Made by a program: the position numbers and the translations under genes
Origin: Sphingomonadaceae bacterium
Lineage (GTDB): Bacteria > Chloroflexota > UBA6077
Assembly (NCBI GenBank): GCA_050261575.1
Contig: JBLNDL010000040.1
Span: 1 to 46,275 of the forward strand
Length of the DNA: 46,275 bases
Direction of reading: 5' to 3'
Part shown: positions 1-9,488 of the stretch, piece by piece
Layout: each line of letters opens with the position of its first letter
How positions within the stretch are numbered: position 1 is the stretch's first letter
The notes under the pieces: model-generated
Told to the model about the DNA's origin: nothing
What the model saw: the letters and a program-made list of their open reading frames with translations, nothing else
The model's database searches: none

Positions 1-116
1 ACCCTGATCCTCGCCTCCTTGGGATTGAACTGTCCCGTCTTGACTGCGGAGCAGGCCAGCTCGCACAGCTTGCAGCCCGTGCACTGTTCCGTCTTGACCT
101 CGATGTGTCTCTCCAC
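1..116 (-). CDS. 4Fe-4S ferredoxin-type (dicluster) protein, N-terminal part only (runs off the window edge)
   Basis: Not in the ORF track. Manual translation from GTG at 116 gives MERHIEVKTEQCTGCKLCELACSAVKTGQFNPKEARIR..., with a CxxCxxCxxxC motif. GGGGTG RBS-like sequence lies upstream. Confidence 0.85.
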   Translation of the reverse strand, partial: MERHIEVKTEQCTGCKLCELACSAVKTGQFNPKEARIR

Positions 117-154
117 TGTCACACCCCATAGTGTTGATCGGATAGTGCCCTGCC

Positions 155-826
155 CTACTTGTCCTCAAGCTGTTGGTCGAACAACGATTGAACGGCGTCC
201 CTCTCGGCCTTCTTGATGTGCTCCCGCATGAGGCGCTCGCACAGATCCGGATCCCTCAGGCGGAGGGCGAGGAGTATCCTGCGATGGCCATCCAGGGTAC
301 GGCTCGCCCCCTCGGGCGACTGAAGCGTGTCCCTCCGGTAGCGCAGCACGTACTTCCGCATGTTGACCATCTGTCCGTAGAGGCGACGCTTGTCCCGAAT
401 CAGCTCGTGCAGCATGTCGTGGAAGCGAGTGTTGGACTCGAACAGCGCCTCCAACTGCCGGCTCTCCAGCGCCCTCTCGGCCTCTCGAACGACCCGCTCC
501 AACTGCTGGAGGACCTCGTCCGTGATCCGATCGGCGATAGTCCTGAGAGCGTAGCCCTCCAGGACAGCCCGGATCTCGAACAGCTCCTCCACGTCCTCCT
601 TCGTGTCCTGAGCGACGACGAAGCCCCTGGTCTCCAACTGCTGGATCAGCCCTTCCGACTCCAGCCGGTATAGGGCCTCCCGGACCGGAGTGCGGCTGAT
701 GCCGAGTTCCTTGGCCAGCCGCTCCTCCGTCAGCCGCTCCCCAGGAGCATAGCGACCGGAGAGGACCGAGGACCTGAGGTGCTGGTACGCCTTTTCCCTC
801 ACAGGGACGGAGGACTTACGCGACAT
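155..826 (-). CDS. GntR-family (FadR/FCD) transcriptional regulator
   Basis: N-terminal wHTH signature (PGERLTEERLAKELGISRTPVREAL) and an FCD-like C-terminus (NTRFH...H..IL.AL). Start taken at ATG 826. Confidence 0.93.
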   Translation of the reverse strand: MSRKSSVPVREKAYQHLRSSVLSGRYAPGERLTEERLAKELGISRTPVREALYRLESEGLIQQLETRGFVVAQDTKEDVEELFEIRAVLEGYALRTIADRITDEVLQQLERVVREAERALESRQLEALFESNTRFHDMLHELIRDKRRLYGQMVNMRKYVLRYRRDTLQSPEGASRTLDGHRRILLALRLRDPDLCERLMREHIKKAERDAVQSLFDQQLEDK

Positions 827-1005
827 CGTGCGCTCTTTGTATACAACGATTGGCTGTTCGGGGTTCTGCCAGGGGATAATACGGCCGCAACTGGCGCCTG
901 TCAAGCAGTCTCATGCTCAGATAGTATACAAGAGCCGTCGAACGCCCTGCTGGAGGGTGAGGAGAAGAGCCGGACGGACCCCCATTACGCGAACAGCGCC
1001 AGATG

Positions 1006-1164
1006 TGGTAGACTATGGACTGGTAGAGGAATCGTCGGGACCGCCGTGGGCGCTTCACGAGTCCCCTCAATGAGGCCCTCACTTCGAGACGACGATCCCA
1101 ACCCATGGTGGCCCGTGGGGCCACCTAAGTCCGTTCGAGTTGAAGTCGTATCGAAGGAGAGAAA
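1006..1164 (+). promoter_or_regulatory. Extended -10 promoter (TGnTAGACT) and ~140-nt structured 5' leader of the zinc-ribbon/rpsU operon
   Basis: TGGTAGACT at 1006-1014. Stems at 1037-1065, 1028-1036/1091-1098 and 1107-1125, plus TTCGA/TCGAA (1134-1138/1151-1155) next to the GGAG RBS. Confidence 0.5.
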
Positions 1165-1506
1165 ATGGCCCACACCGAGAGGACCCTTACGTGCCGAGAC
1201 TGCGGCCGGTCCTTCCCCTTCACCGTGGAGGAGCAGGAGTTCTTTGCTCAGAAGGGGTACAACAACGATCCATCCCGCTGCCCTGAGTGCCGAGCGGCCC
1301 GCCGGGCCGAGCGGAATGGGGCCATGGGCGGTGGTTACTCGCGGGGTGGTAGCTACGACCACGCACCCCGGCAGATGTATCCCGCTGTTTGCGCTCGCTG
1401 CGGCAAGGATACCGAGGTTCCCTTCCAACCCCGGGGTGACCGCCCCGTTTACTGCTCCGACTGCTACGCCCAGGAGCGTGGCAGCGGCTACGGACGGGGG
1501 CGCTAA
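1165..1506 (+). CDS. Zinc-ribbon protein with CxxC-x17-CxxC domain
   Basis: N-terminal ribbon CRDC...EEQEFF..KG..NDPSRCPEC and C-terminal CARC-x17-CSDC (VPFQPRGDRPVYC). RBS AAGGAG. Confidence 0.92.
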   Translation: MAHTERTLTCRDCGRSFPFTVEEQEFFAQKGYNNDPSRCPECRAARRAERNGAMGGGYSRGGSYDHAPRQMYPAVCARCGKDTEVPFQPRGDRPVYCSDCYAQERGSGYGRGR

Positions 1507-1736
1507 TGCAGGTTACCGCACGGGACGGTGAGTCCTTCGAGGAGTTGATGGCTCGCTTCAAGCGAGGGGTGGTCCGTTCTGGCATCCTGAAGGATCTGAA
1601 GAAGCACCGCTTCTTCGTTAGCCCTGGCGAGGAGCGGCGGTTGAGGGCCCAGGAGGCGGCGCGGAAGCTCAAGCGACGTCAGCGCAAGGCCGCCAGCAGG
1701 CAGCGCGGCGGTCGACCCACCGGTCGCGCACGATAG
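1506..1736 (+). CDS. rpsU: 30S ribosomal protein bS21
   Basis: GESFEELMARFKRGV.RSGIL.DLKKHRFFVSP matches the S21 pattern. TAATG overlap couples it to the upstream gene. Confidence 0.9.
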   Translation: MQVTARDGESFEELMARFKRGVVRSGILKDLKKHRFFVSPGEERRLRAQEAARKLKRRQRKAASRQRGGRPTGRAR

Positions 1737-1758
1737 ACCACCTTCAAGGCGTCCATAC

Positions 1759-1791
1759 GGGCTGGGAGTTAGAACTCCCAGCCCTTTTCTT
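1759..1791 (+). terminator. Rho-independent terminator after rpsU
   Basis: GGGCTGGGAGTT-AG-AACTCCCAGCCC stem followed by TTTTCTT. Confidence 0.85.
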
Positions 1792-1840
1792 GTGCCTCAC
1801 ACTACGGCTGAGCGTTCGATCCGGCAGGTTCGGTTCGGCC

Positions 1841-1933
1841 TCGTGCTTCGCTTCGCTCAGCATCTCCCCGTCCTGAGCCCGCCCGCCGATCCGCCCCCGG
1901 AGCCCCTTCTCTGCGCTCGGGGTGGCAACGAGT
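1841..1933. repeat. REP-like palindromic repeats
   Basis: GCTTCGCTTCGCTCAGCAT and GAGCCCCTTCTCTGCGCTCGGGGTGGCAACGAGT. The second is a near-inverted copy of 33167-33202. Confidence 0.6.
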
Positions 1934-2118
1934 CGCCCGACGCCGGATAGCAGGCGAGCAGCCCGTCCCCGCCCCACCGCGTACCGGATTCGCGCCGGAG
2001 AAGGTAGCCTAAATGGGCTATTCATCTCACTGAACCGCTACAGTATCATTTGTCTTTGGAGTCCGTCGACCCTGGTGATGGGCGACCTCCCGCACTGCAT
2101 TCCCGTAGTGGAGGACCG

Positions 2119-3222
2119 ATGAGCCGTCCCCTTGCGCCGTTCACACCAGAATCGGAGCGATTCGCAGCACAGCAGATGGGAGAACCCTTGATCGAGACTG
2201 CGGGCCTGGCCATACTGGATCGACCGCGTCCTAAGGAGTTGTTCGCCCGTTACACCGGGAACCCGATCCTGGCCGCCAGCGACTGGCCCTACCCCATCAA
2301 TGTGACCTTCAACCCCGCGGCGACCCTGCTGGCCGATGGCACCACCCTGCTCCTGTGCCGAATAGAGGGACGGGACGGCTCCTCGCACCTGTGCGCTGCT
2401 CGCTCTCAGAACGGTTACGACGGGTGGCAGATCGATCCATCGCCCACCCTGGCACCCGATGGTGAGAGGTATCCCGAGGAGGAGTGGGGCATCGAGGACG
2501 CACGGATAACCTACCTGCAGGAGTTGGGCCGGTACGCCGTCACCTTCACATCCTACTCCCCCATCGGCCCGGGGGTGTCCCTGGCCCTCACGAGCGACTT
2601 CAGCAGCTACGACCGGTTGGGACAGATCTTGCCACCTGAGAACAAGGACGCCGCCCTCTTCCCGCGGAGGATCGGTGGCCAATGGGCCATCATCCACCGT
2701 CCGGTGATCGCCAGCACCCGAGCGCACATCTGGGTCTCCTATTCGCCCGACCTCGAGTACTGGGGCCGGCACAAGATCGTGCTGCCCGCTCGGCCTGGGC
2801 CCTGGTGGGACAGCGACAGGGTGGGGCTGGCCTGTCCGCCCATCGAGACGGAGGAGGGCTGGCTGGTGATCTACCACGGAGTCAAGAAGACCGTCGCCGG
2901 GGCGATCTATCGGGTGGGGCTGGCCTTGCTGGACCTGGAAGACCCTCAGAGGTGCATCGCCCGGGGCAAGTCGTGGGTGATGACTGCGGAGACGCCCTAC
3001 GAGGTAAACGGTGATATCCACAACGTCGTCTTCCCATGTGGCTACACCCTCGATCCCTCAGACGGCGACACCCTGAACCTCTACTACGGCGGCGCCGATA
3101 GCTGCGTGGCACTGGCTAGAGGCAGCGTGAGGGAGATGCTGGAGTTCCTCCGCCAGGACGTCCAAGCAGATATCTCAGGTTCGCGTCGACTCTCTCTAGC
3201 GGGAAACGAGCACTCTATCTAG
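2119..3222 (+). CDS. GH130-family glycosidase / beta-mannoside phosphorylase-like protein
   Basis: Motifs GNPIL, FNPAA, GIEDARI, ENKDAALFP, HRP, PPIETEEGWLVIYHGV and VVFPCG. GGAGGA RBS before ATG 2119. Confidence 0.9.
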   Translation: MSRPLAPFTPESERFAAQQMGEPLIETAGLAILDRPRPKELFARYTGNPILAASDWPYPINVTFNPAATLLADGTTLLLCRIEGRDGSSHLCAARSQNGYDGWQIDPSPTLAPDGERYPEEEWGIEDARITYLQELGRYAVTFTSYSPIGPGVSLALTSDFSSYDRLGQILPPENKDAALFPRRIGGQWAIIHRPVIASTRAHIWVSYSPDLEYWGRHKIVLPARPGPWWDSDRVGLACPPIETEEGWLVIYHGVKKTVAGAIYRVGLALLDLEDPQRCIARGKSWVMTAETPYEVNGDIHNVVFPCGYTLDPSDGDTLNLYYGGADSCVALARGSVREMLEFLRQDVQADISGSRRLSLAGNEHSI

Positions 3223-3236
3223 AGGTGCCTGCTCAG
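3162..3236 (-). mobile_element. ~75-bp inverted-repeat element (copy D), overlapping the GH130 3' end
   Basis: Reverse complement CTGAGCAGGCACCTCTAGATAGAGTGCTCGTTTCCCGCTAGAGA aligns with the copies at 12622, 34557 and 39437. Confidence 0.65.
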
Positions 3237-3404
3237 AGGTACCTGCTGAGGACACGCAGGGCGGGCGTGGCGGCCGCCCACGGCCGCTACTCACCCCACG
3301 TTTGGCTCCCCAGACCAACTCCGGTATACTTACACCACCCGTGCGGCACCGCTCGGTGCCATCGGGAACACTCTCGAAAGGGTCTCGGGTAACCAAAGCC
3401 TGCC

Positions 3405-4034
3405 ATGTTTGCCATGCCCCACGACATCCTCGGAGCCCTGAGGGCGCTGCTGGAGCTGCTCCAGAAAAACGACCACATGGTCCTCCTCCTCATGCTGCTG
3501 ATCGAGGAGGCAGGTGTGCCGTTGCCTCTGCCTGGAGACCTCCTGATCGCCTTCCAGGGATACCGCGGATCCCTGGGGGAGGCCAACGTGGTGGAGTCGG
3601 CCATCACGGCGATCCTCGCCGTTCAGTTGGGATCCACCCTCCTCTACCTGCTCTCACGCAGGCTCGGGCGAACCCTCCTCTTCCGCTTCGGTCGCTATCT
3701 TAGATTAGACGAGGCGAAGCTGCTCCGAGTCGAGAGATGGGTCCGCCAGAAGGGCGCGACGGCGGTCTTCGCGGGCAGATTGATACCGGGGCTCCGCACG
3801 CCCACCTCGATCATCGCGGGGACATTCGCCCTACCCTTCTCTCAGTTCCTGCTGTACACCACCCTCTCGGCGATCACCTGGTGCAGCTTCTGGCTGATGC
3901 TGGGCTACCTGCTGGGCCAGCGCCTCGTCCTGCTGGCCGACTACCTCCGGCACAGCAGCTACCTGGTGCTTGCTGCTGCCCTGGTCGGTTGCCTCCTGTG
4001 GGCCTGGCGCAAGCGGCCATCCCCCGGATCCTAG
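3405..4034 (+). CDS. DedA family membrane protein
   Basis: EEAGVPLPLPGDLL, GSTLLY..SRRLG and GRLIPGLR motifs; several hydrophobic segments. Confidence 0.92.
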   Translation: MFAMPHDILGALRALLELLQKNDHMVLLLMLLIEEAGVPLPLPGDLLIAFQGYRGSLGEANVVESAITAILAVQLGSTLLYLLSRRLGRTLLFRFGRYLRLDEAKLLRVERWVRQKGATAVFAGRLIPGLRTPTSIIAGTFALPFSQFLLYTTLSAITWCSFWLMLGYLLGQRLVLLADYLRHSSYLVLAAALVGCLLWAWRKRPSPGS

Positions 4035-4080
4035 AGACCGGCCCGGGCCCTCGCAGACCGCGACACCTGCCGCCTGGCCC

Positions 4081-5424
4081 CTAGACCTTGACCCTTTCGA
4101 TGCGGGCTCCCAACTGCCGCAGCTTCACCTCGATCCGCTCGTAGCCCCGGTCAATCTGCCCGACGTTGTTGATCGTGCTGCGACCCCGAGCCGTCAACGC
4201 GGCCAGCAACAGCGCCATCCCCGCCCGGATGTCCGGCGACTCCAGCCGCTCCCCATGGAGCTGGCTGGGACCGACCACGACCGCGCGGTGGGGATCGCAC
4301 AGGATCACCCGCGCCCCCATGTTCAGCAGCTTGTCCACGAAGAACATCCGCCCCTCGAACATCTTCTCGTGCATCAGGATCGTCCCCTCGCACTGCGTCG
4401 CCACCGTCAGGGCGATGCTCATCAAGTCGGAGGGAAAAGCCGGCCACGGACCGTCGTCGATCTTCGGAACGGCATTGTGGACGTCGCTCTCGATCTTGAG
4501 GGACTGGTCGCCGGGAACGAGGATGTGGCGGCCCACCGAGGAAGTCTGGTCCTCTGCTTCGCCCTCCACCGTCGACTCACCCAGATCGGCGGAGTTGAGC
4601 ACTCGACACCGAACCCCCAACCGCTCGAAGGCGATGAACACCATCTTCAGGTTCTCGGGCGCGGCGTCCCTGATCAACAACTCACCGCGGGTCATGGCCG
4701 CCAGCCCTATGAAGCTCCCCACTTCGATGTGATCGGGGCCAATCACCACCTCCGCGCCGTGAAGCCGATCGACCCCCTCGATAGTCATGGCGTTGGAGCC
4801 GATGCCGGAGATCCGAGCGCCCATTCTGTTCAGGCAGTGAGCCAGTTCCTGCACGTGTGGCTCGCTGGCCGCATTGAGTAGACGCGTTTCACCCTTGGCC
4901 AGCGCCGCGGCCATCAGCGCGTTCTCCGTCGCGGTCACACTGGCCTCGTCCAAGAATATCTCCGCGCCGTGAAGGGCAGAGGTGCGCATGTTGAAACCAT
5001 CCTCGATGTCCACCTCCGCACCCAGGGTCCGCAGTGCCGCCAGGTGGGTGTCCACCCGCCTTCGCCCGATCACGTCTCCGCCCGGCGGGGGAAGCTTGAT
5101 CTCTCCCGCTCGGGCCAGCATAGGGCCGGCAAAGAGGATCGAAGCCCGGATGCGCTCGCACACCTCGCGACTCAGCTCGGTCGTGCGGAGGTCTCTGGCC
5201 CGAAGGACCAAATCGTGATGAGTGAGTTCCGTGATCTCGACGCCCAGACCGGCCAGCAAGGCAAGCATGTCCTCGACGTCGCGAATGCGGGGGACGTTAC
5301 GCACGACAAGGGGTTCGTCGGTCAACAGGCTCGCGGCCAGGATGGGAAGCGCGGCGTTCTTGTTACCACTGGGGGTGACCGATCCACGCAGCTCTTCCCC
5401 GCCCTCGATAATGAACCGTTCCAA
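4081..5424 (-). CDS. murA: UDP-N-acetylglucosamine 1-carboxyvinyltransferase (Cys-to-Asp variant)
   Basis: [35 protein letters not shown] and IDRGYE motifs. TTG start. Catalytic loop reads PGGDVIG. Confidence 0.96.
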   Translation of the reverse strand: MERFIIEGGEELRGSVTPSGNKNAALPILAASLLTDEPLVVRNVPRIRDVEDMLALLAGLGVEITELTHHDLVLRARDLRTTELSREVCERIRASILFAGPMLARAGEIKLPPPGGDVIGRRRVDTHLAALRTLGAEVDIEDGFNMRTSALHGAEIFLDEASVTATENALMAAALAKGETRLLNAASEPHVQELAHCLNRMGARISGIGSNAMTIEGVDRLHGAEVVIGPDHIEVGSFIGLAAMTRGELLIRDAAPENLKMVFIAFERLGVRCRVLNSADLGESTVEGEAEDQTSSVGRHILVPGDQSLKIESDVHNAVPKIDDGPWPAFPSDLMSIALTVATQCEGTILMHEKMFEGRMFFVDKLLNMGARVILCDPHRAVVVGPSQLHGERLESPDIRAGMALLLAALTARGRSTINNVGQIDRGYERIEVKLRQLGARIERVKV

Positions 5425-5584
5425 AGGCTATCTCCTGCCATCTGATAGGGGGTGGAATCCGAATGTGGGCAGCCTACTACATCGACACCGTGACACACAA
5501 TACACCGGGCCGGTTGCGAGAGGGATCCCTCCGCTCCGCCTGCCGGCAGGCGGAGCGGAGAGCCGCGCGGGAGGGAAGCGGGCA

Positions 5585-7039
5585 CTACGCGGGCAAGGCC
5601 TCGATCTCCTGGTCCTCGTTGAGGCGGAAGCGGACTCGCTCCAGGGAGTCGGTCACCTGTAGTCGAGCAGCCCCGATGGCCAGCCGCACGCCGTGGTGGC
5701 AGCTACCCTTCGCCAGGACCCATGCGCTTCTGGCTTCCTGGGTCCTCCGCTCCAATTCCTGCTTGCGAGCCTTCAACTCCTCCTGCAGGGCATGCAACTG
5801 CTCCTGCCACTTCACGGCCTTGGCTAGGAGCGCCCGCCGCTCCTGCGACAATGGGGCGTAGCGATGCTGCACGGTCAGGAACTGAATGGTCTGCTCCAGA
5901 CGCTGCAAGTCCACATCCATGGACTCCAGCTTCCGGTTCACCTCCTTCAACTCCTCGCGCACCTCCGGGACTACGCCGACGGTGATCTCCGTGAGCTCAC
6001 CTATGTCCGAGCCGAGGTTTCGAGCGGCAACGCTGTTCCTCGCGATCACGCTCCCGCCGATGATGGCGCCTCGCCGGCCGAGGACCTCGACCCCCGCGCC
6101 GGCCTCCACCTTGCTGTGGAGGATGCCATCGGAGGCCCACACGTAGGTCCCCGCCCGCACCTCGGCATTCTCGATGAATCGCGCCTTCACCGCCCCCCCG
6201 GCAACCACTCGGCTGTGGCCGCCTCCGGCTACGCCGTATCGGATGGTGACGTTGCCAGTGGCCTCGATAGACCCACCGTCCACACCACCCAGCACCTCGA
6301 CGTCGCCCTCGGCCTTCACCGCGAAACCGTTTCGAATGCTACCCCGAACGATCACTGTCCCCACGAATCCGATGTTCCCCGTGCCGACACCAACGTCACC
6401 GCGCACCTCGAAGACGTCGGTAACCGTGACCTCGCCATGCACCAGCGTGGCGTGGCCGTCGACCGCCGCGATCGCCGTGCACCCATCCTCGCTCAGCACG
6501 GCGCCTTTGCCGGCCCTGAGCTTTATCTCCCGACCCATCCTGCCCGGGATTTCGGCCCCAGTCACCTTTCTGCCGGGCTCACCCCTGGTAGCAGGGGTAA
6601 GCACGGCCAGCACCGTGCCCTTGCTGATGTTGCGAACCAGGTTAAGATCGAACAGGTTGACCGTGCCGTCTGGGTTTACCTTCGGGCGGCCTCCGGCATC
6701 CGTCAGGCAGGGATGGTACTCCACCCTCGCATCCGCGCCCACGCCCGGCTCGCGCCCCTGCGCCACATTGACCTTCTCCAGTGGCCTGTAGGGGTCCGGT
6801 GGGAGTTGAGACTGTGCGACAGCCCACTCCACCGCAGTCACATCGATCCCGTAGACGACGCCCGCCTCCTGCAGCTTCGCCAGCACGTCCTCCACCGTTG
6901 CCGGCTTGCCGCTCCCGACCGGAGCGGTGACGAGCACCTCCGCGGACATTCGGTCGGGCGAGATCAGCACCGAAACCTGGCCGTCGGAGGAAGCCTCCGC
7001 GGGCGTCGGGTCGTGGGTCGGTTGGTCCAATAGCCCCAT
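5585..7039 (-). CDS. FapA/DUF342 family flagellar assembly protein
   Basis: ISPDRMSAEV, AGVVYGID, VAQGREP, GDVGVGTGNIGF, a beta-helix region and a C-terminal coiled coil. Sigma28 promoter upstream. Confidence 0.88.
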   Translation of the reverse strand: MGLLDQPTHDPTPAEASSDGQVSVLISPDRMSAEVLVTAPVGSGKPATVEDVLAKLQEAGVVYGIDVTAVEWAVAQSQLPPDPYRPLEKVNVAQGREPGVGADARVEYHPCLTDAGGRPKVNPDGTVNLFDLNLVRNISKGTVLAVLTPATRGEPGRKVTGAEIPGRMGREIKLRAGKGAVLSEDGCTAIAAVDGHATLVHGEVTVTDVFEVRGDVGVGTGNIGFVGTVIVRGSIRNGFAVKAEGDVEVLGGVDGGSIEATGNVTIRYGVAGGGHSRVVAGGAVKARFIENAEVRAGTYVWASDGILHSKVEAGAGVEVLGRRGAIIGGSVIARNSVAARNLGSDIGELTEITVGVVPEVREELKEVNRKLESMDVDLQRLEQTIQFLTVQHRYAPLSQERRALLAKAVKWQEQLHALQEELKARKQELERRTQEARSAWVLAKGSCHHGVRLAIGAARLQVTDSLERVRFRLNEDQEIEALPA

Positions 7040-7094
7040 TAGGAACTCCTCACTCTTTACAGTAGACGAGCATGAGACACTCCCCCATTTAATT

Positions 7095-7122
7095 CTATCG
7101 GCACTTCTCGTTCATATCTTTA
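7095..7122 (-). promoter_or_regulatory. Sigma28 (FliA/SigD)-type promoter for fapA
   Basis: Minus strand reads TAAA-N16-GCCGATAG, 55 nt upstream of the start codon. Confidence 0.75.
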
Positions 7123-7249
7123 TGGCCGCCGTTGGGATTCCGACCAACAGGTCATGGACAGACCGCCAGGCGCTCGGTATCCTGTGGCTGTGGGGCTCGC
7201 CAATTGAGGACGATTGTGGGGTCCCAACCAACGCGCAGGAGGAGACACG

Positions 7250-7891
7250 ATGTCCAGTGAACTCGGCAGAATAGAGAGACCCGAGGCGGCGCAGTTCACG
7301 GGGCAGCGCAAGATCTACCTCGTTCCCCTGGTGTTCGCACCCGCCAAGCCCGCGGCCGACTATGCCGACCTCTACGAGCGGTACTGGACCGGCGTGCGCG
7401 AGCACTTGCTGAAGCTCGAGAACAGCATCGGCGCTATCGCAAGAGTGTACCACGAGTCGGTGTCTCGTGAGAGCGACGAAGGGCTGGCTGAAGCGGAAAA
7501 GCTGAACCCGAAGAGCGGCGCGGTCGCACGGAGCAAGGTCGAGGCCGGTGCAAGCTTCGAAGCGCTGGAGGACGAGGAGTTGGTGGCCGAGACCTTCGAC
7601 TGGCAACGCTGCCTCATGGTGGGTCTAGAAAGCCGGAAGGTGGCGGAACAGGTCTGGAAATCCTACTCGGAGGCAAATAGCCGCCGCTTCGAGGTGATGG
7701 CCCGCCGAATCGACGAGACACTCAAACCAGAGGAGGCGGGACTCCTCTTCATTTCCGAGGACCACCGCATCCAGTTCCCCCCAGATATCCGGGTCTTCTA
7801 TGTGGCGCCCCCAGCTCTGGACGAGATCCATCGATGGATGCGCGACCAACGTCAGCGAGCCCGGCGAGAGGGCTCCGAAGGCGACGGATAA
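7250..7891 (+). CDS. Hypothetical protein
   Basis: AGGAGGAG RBS before ATG 7250; coding-like codon bias; family not recognised. Confidence 0.8.
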   Translation: MSSELGRIERPEAAQFTGQRKIYLVPLVFAPAKPAADYADLYERYWTGVREHLLKLENSIGAIARVYHESVSRESDEGLAEAEKLNPKSGAVARSKVEAGASFEALEDEELVAETFDWQRCLMVGLESRKVAEQVWKSYSEANSRRFEVMARRIDETLKPEEAGLLFISEDHRIQFPPDIRVFYVAPPALDEIHRWMRDQRQRARREGSEGDG

Positions 7892-7975
7892 TGGGTTGGG
7901 AGAGGGCGGCCGAAGCTCTGCATCGAATGCGGCCGAGCGCAGAAGGGTGGGGTAGATGGCCACCCCACCCTCTTA

Positions 7976-9283
7976 TCACACCCTGCTGATCACCAGCCCA
8001 GTCACAGGCTTCGGGTAGAAGTAGGTGGACTTCTGAGGCATCTTGCCACCCGCGCGGGCGGTCTGGAGCACCTGCTCCACCGGCGTGGGGTTCAGCAGGA
8101 AGGCAGCCTGAGCCGAGCCTTTCTCCACGGCGCCCACCGCCTCCACCGCGTCTCGACTGTAGGTCACGTGGGTTCCCGCGCTCAACTGCTCCGGGCCGAT
8201 CCCCAGGAGGGGAGCCAGCAGGAGGTCTTGCAGGACATCCACGTCCAGCAGGGGACCCGACCGGGAGGCCATGGCCTTCTCCGGGTCCCGAAGCCTCAGC
8301 ACCACGGCTCCACCAGGATCCGAACGGTAGAAGCCCAGGGCCGGCCCCTGCTGCCCAAGATCACTCACTCGTCGCAGCAGTTCCCTGGCGATGGTGGCGG
8401 CGTCCGCCCCATCGACGGGTACCCTCTCGATCTCGAAGGAGCCAGATAGCGCCCCCTCCAGCATACCCAGCAGCGCCGGATCCACCCCCCGAACCATGCG
8501 GTGAGTTGGGAGAACCACCAGGCCAGGGTCCCGCGCATCCACGAGGAGCATCATCCCGAAGTTGTAGGGGGCGTCCGGGGGATCGGACGGGGCAAGCGCC
8601 CTTCTCTCGTCCCGATAGGCCAGCTCGGTCTCGTAACGATGGTGGCCATCGGCCACGTACAACTGGGGGGTCCGCAGGGCCGATAGCAGATCCTCGTGGT
8701 CGCGGGCAGGCAACACCCACAGGCGATGCGTCTGCCCATCCTCGGTGTCGGCCACCACGGTGGGAGGCTCGGTCGCCACGCTGGCCATCAGTCGAGAGAC
8801 CTCCCCGGAGGGGTCGTCGAACAGCAGGAAGATGGGGCTGAGATGGCAGGCCGTGGTCCGCATCAGTTCCAGCCGGTCCGCCTTCGGCTTGGCCATGGTC
8901 TCCTCGTGGGGAAGAACCACCCCCTCCTCCCAGGGGGCCAGGCGAAGGTTGGCGAGCAACCCTCGCCGCGTGAGCGTCCGACCGTCGAACTGGAAACACT
9001 GCTCGTAGAGGTAGATGCAGGGCTCCCCATCGGGCCGCACCGCGTGCCGGGCCAGCCAGTCCTCCAGGGTGCGCGCAGCCCTGGTGTATCGGTTGTTGGA
9101 GGCGTCATCCTCCGGGAACTCGAGCCCCAACTCCAGCCGCACAGCATTGAAGGGGCTCCTCCCATACAGGTTGATCTGATCGACGGCGGAGATCACATCG
9201 TAAGGAGGGCACACCACCTTGCCGATGGGTCCTACCACCGTCTCGTCGAATCTCAACCCACGGAAGGCGCGGATATCGTTCAT
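7976..9283 (-). CDS. DUF1015 family protein
   Basis: IRAFRGLRF, CPPYDVI, LPHEET, YVADGHHRYET and MPQKSTYFYPK motifs. Confidence 0.93.
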   Translation of the reverse strand: MNDIRAFRGLRFDETVVGPIGKVVCPPYDVISAVDQINLYGRSPFNAVRLELGLEFPEDDASNNRYTRAARTLEDWLARHAVRPDGEPCIYLYEQCFQFDGRTLTRRGLLANLRLAPWEEGVVLPHEETMAKPKADRLELMRTTACHLSPIFLLFDDPSGEVSRLMASVATEPPTVVADTEDGQTHRLWVLPARDHEDLLSALRTPQLYVADGHHRYETELAYRDERRALAPSDPPDAPYNFGMMLLVDARDPGLVVLPTHRMVRGVDPALLGMLEGALSGSFEIERVPVDGADAATIARELLRRVSDLGQQGPALGFYRSDPGGAVVLRLRDPEKAMASRSGPLLDVDVLQDLLLAPLLGIGPEQLSAGTHVTYSRDAVEAVGAVEKGSAQAAFLLNPTPVEQVLQTARAGGKMPQKSTYFYPKPVTGLVISRV

Positions 9284-9488
9284 TGATCCTCCACATGTCG
9301 GCTGTCAACGATCGGCCGCGAGCTTCTGGTCTCCCCACTCGCAACTGCCACGGCCGAGGGCTCGTGCATAGCCTACCATCTATGCGGGCACGGGTTCAAA
9401 CCCGAGGCCCAGTCCATGCACGTATAATGCTGTTGTACTGTGGTTGACGGACCGGCGCACCCCTATCGAAACCGCGGAGGGAACGAAC

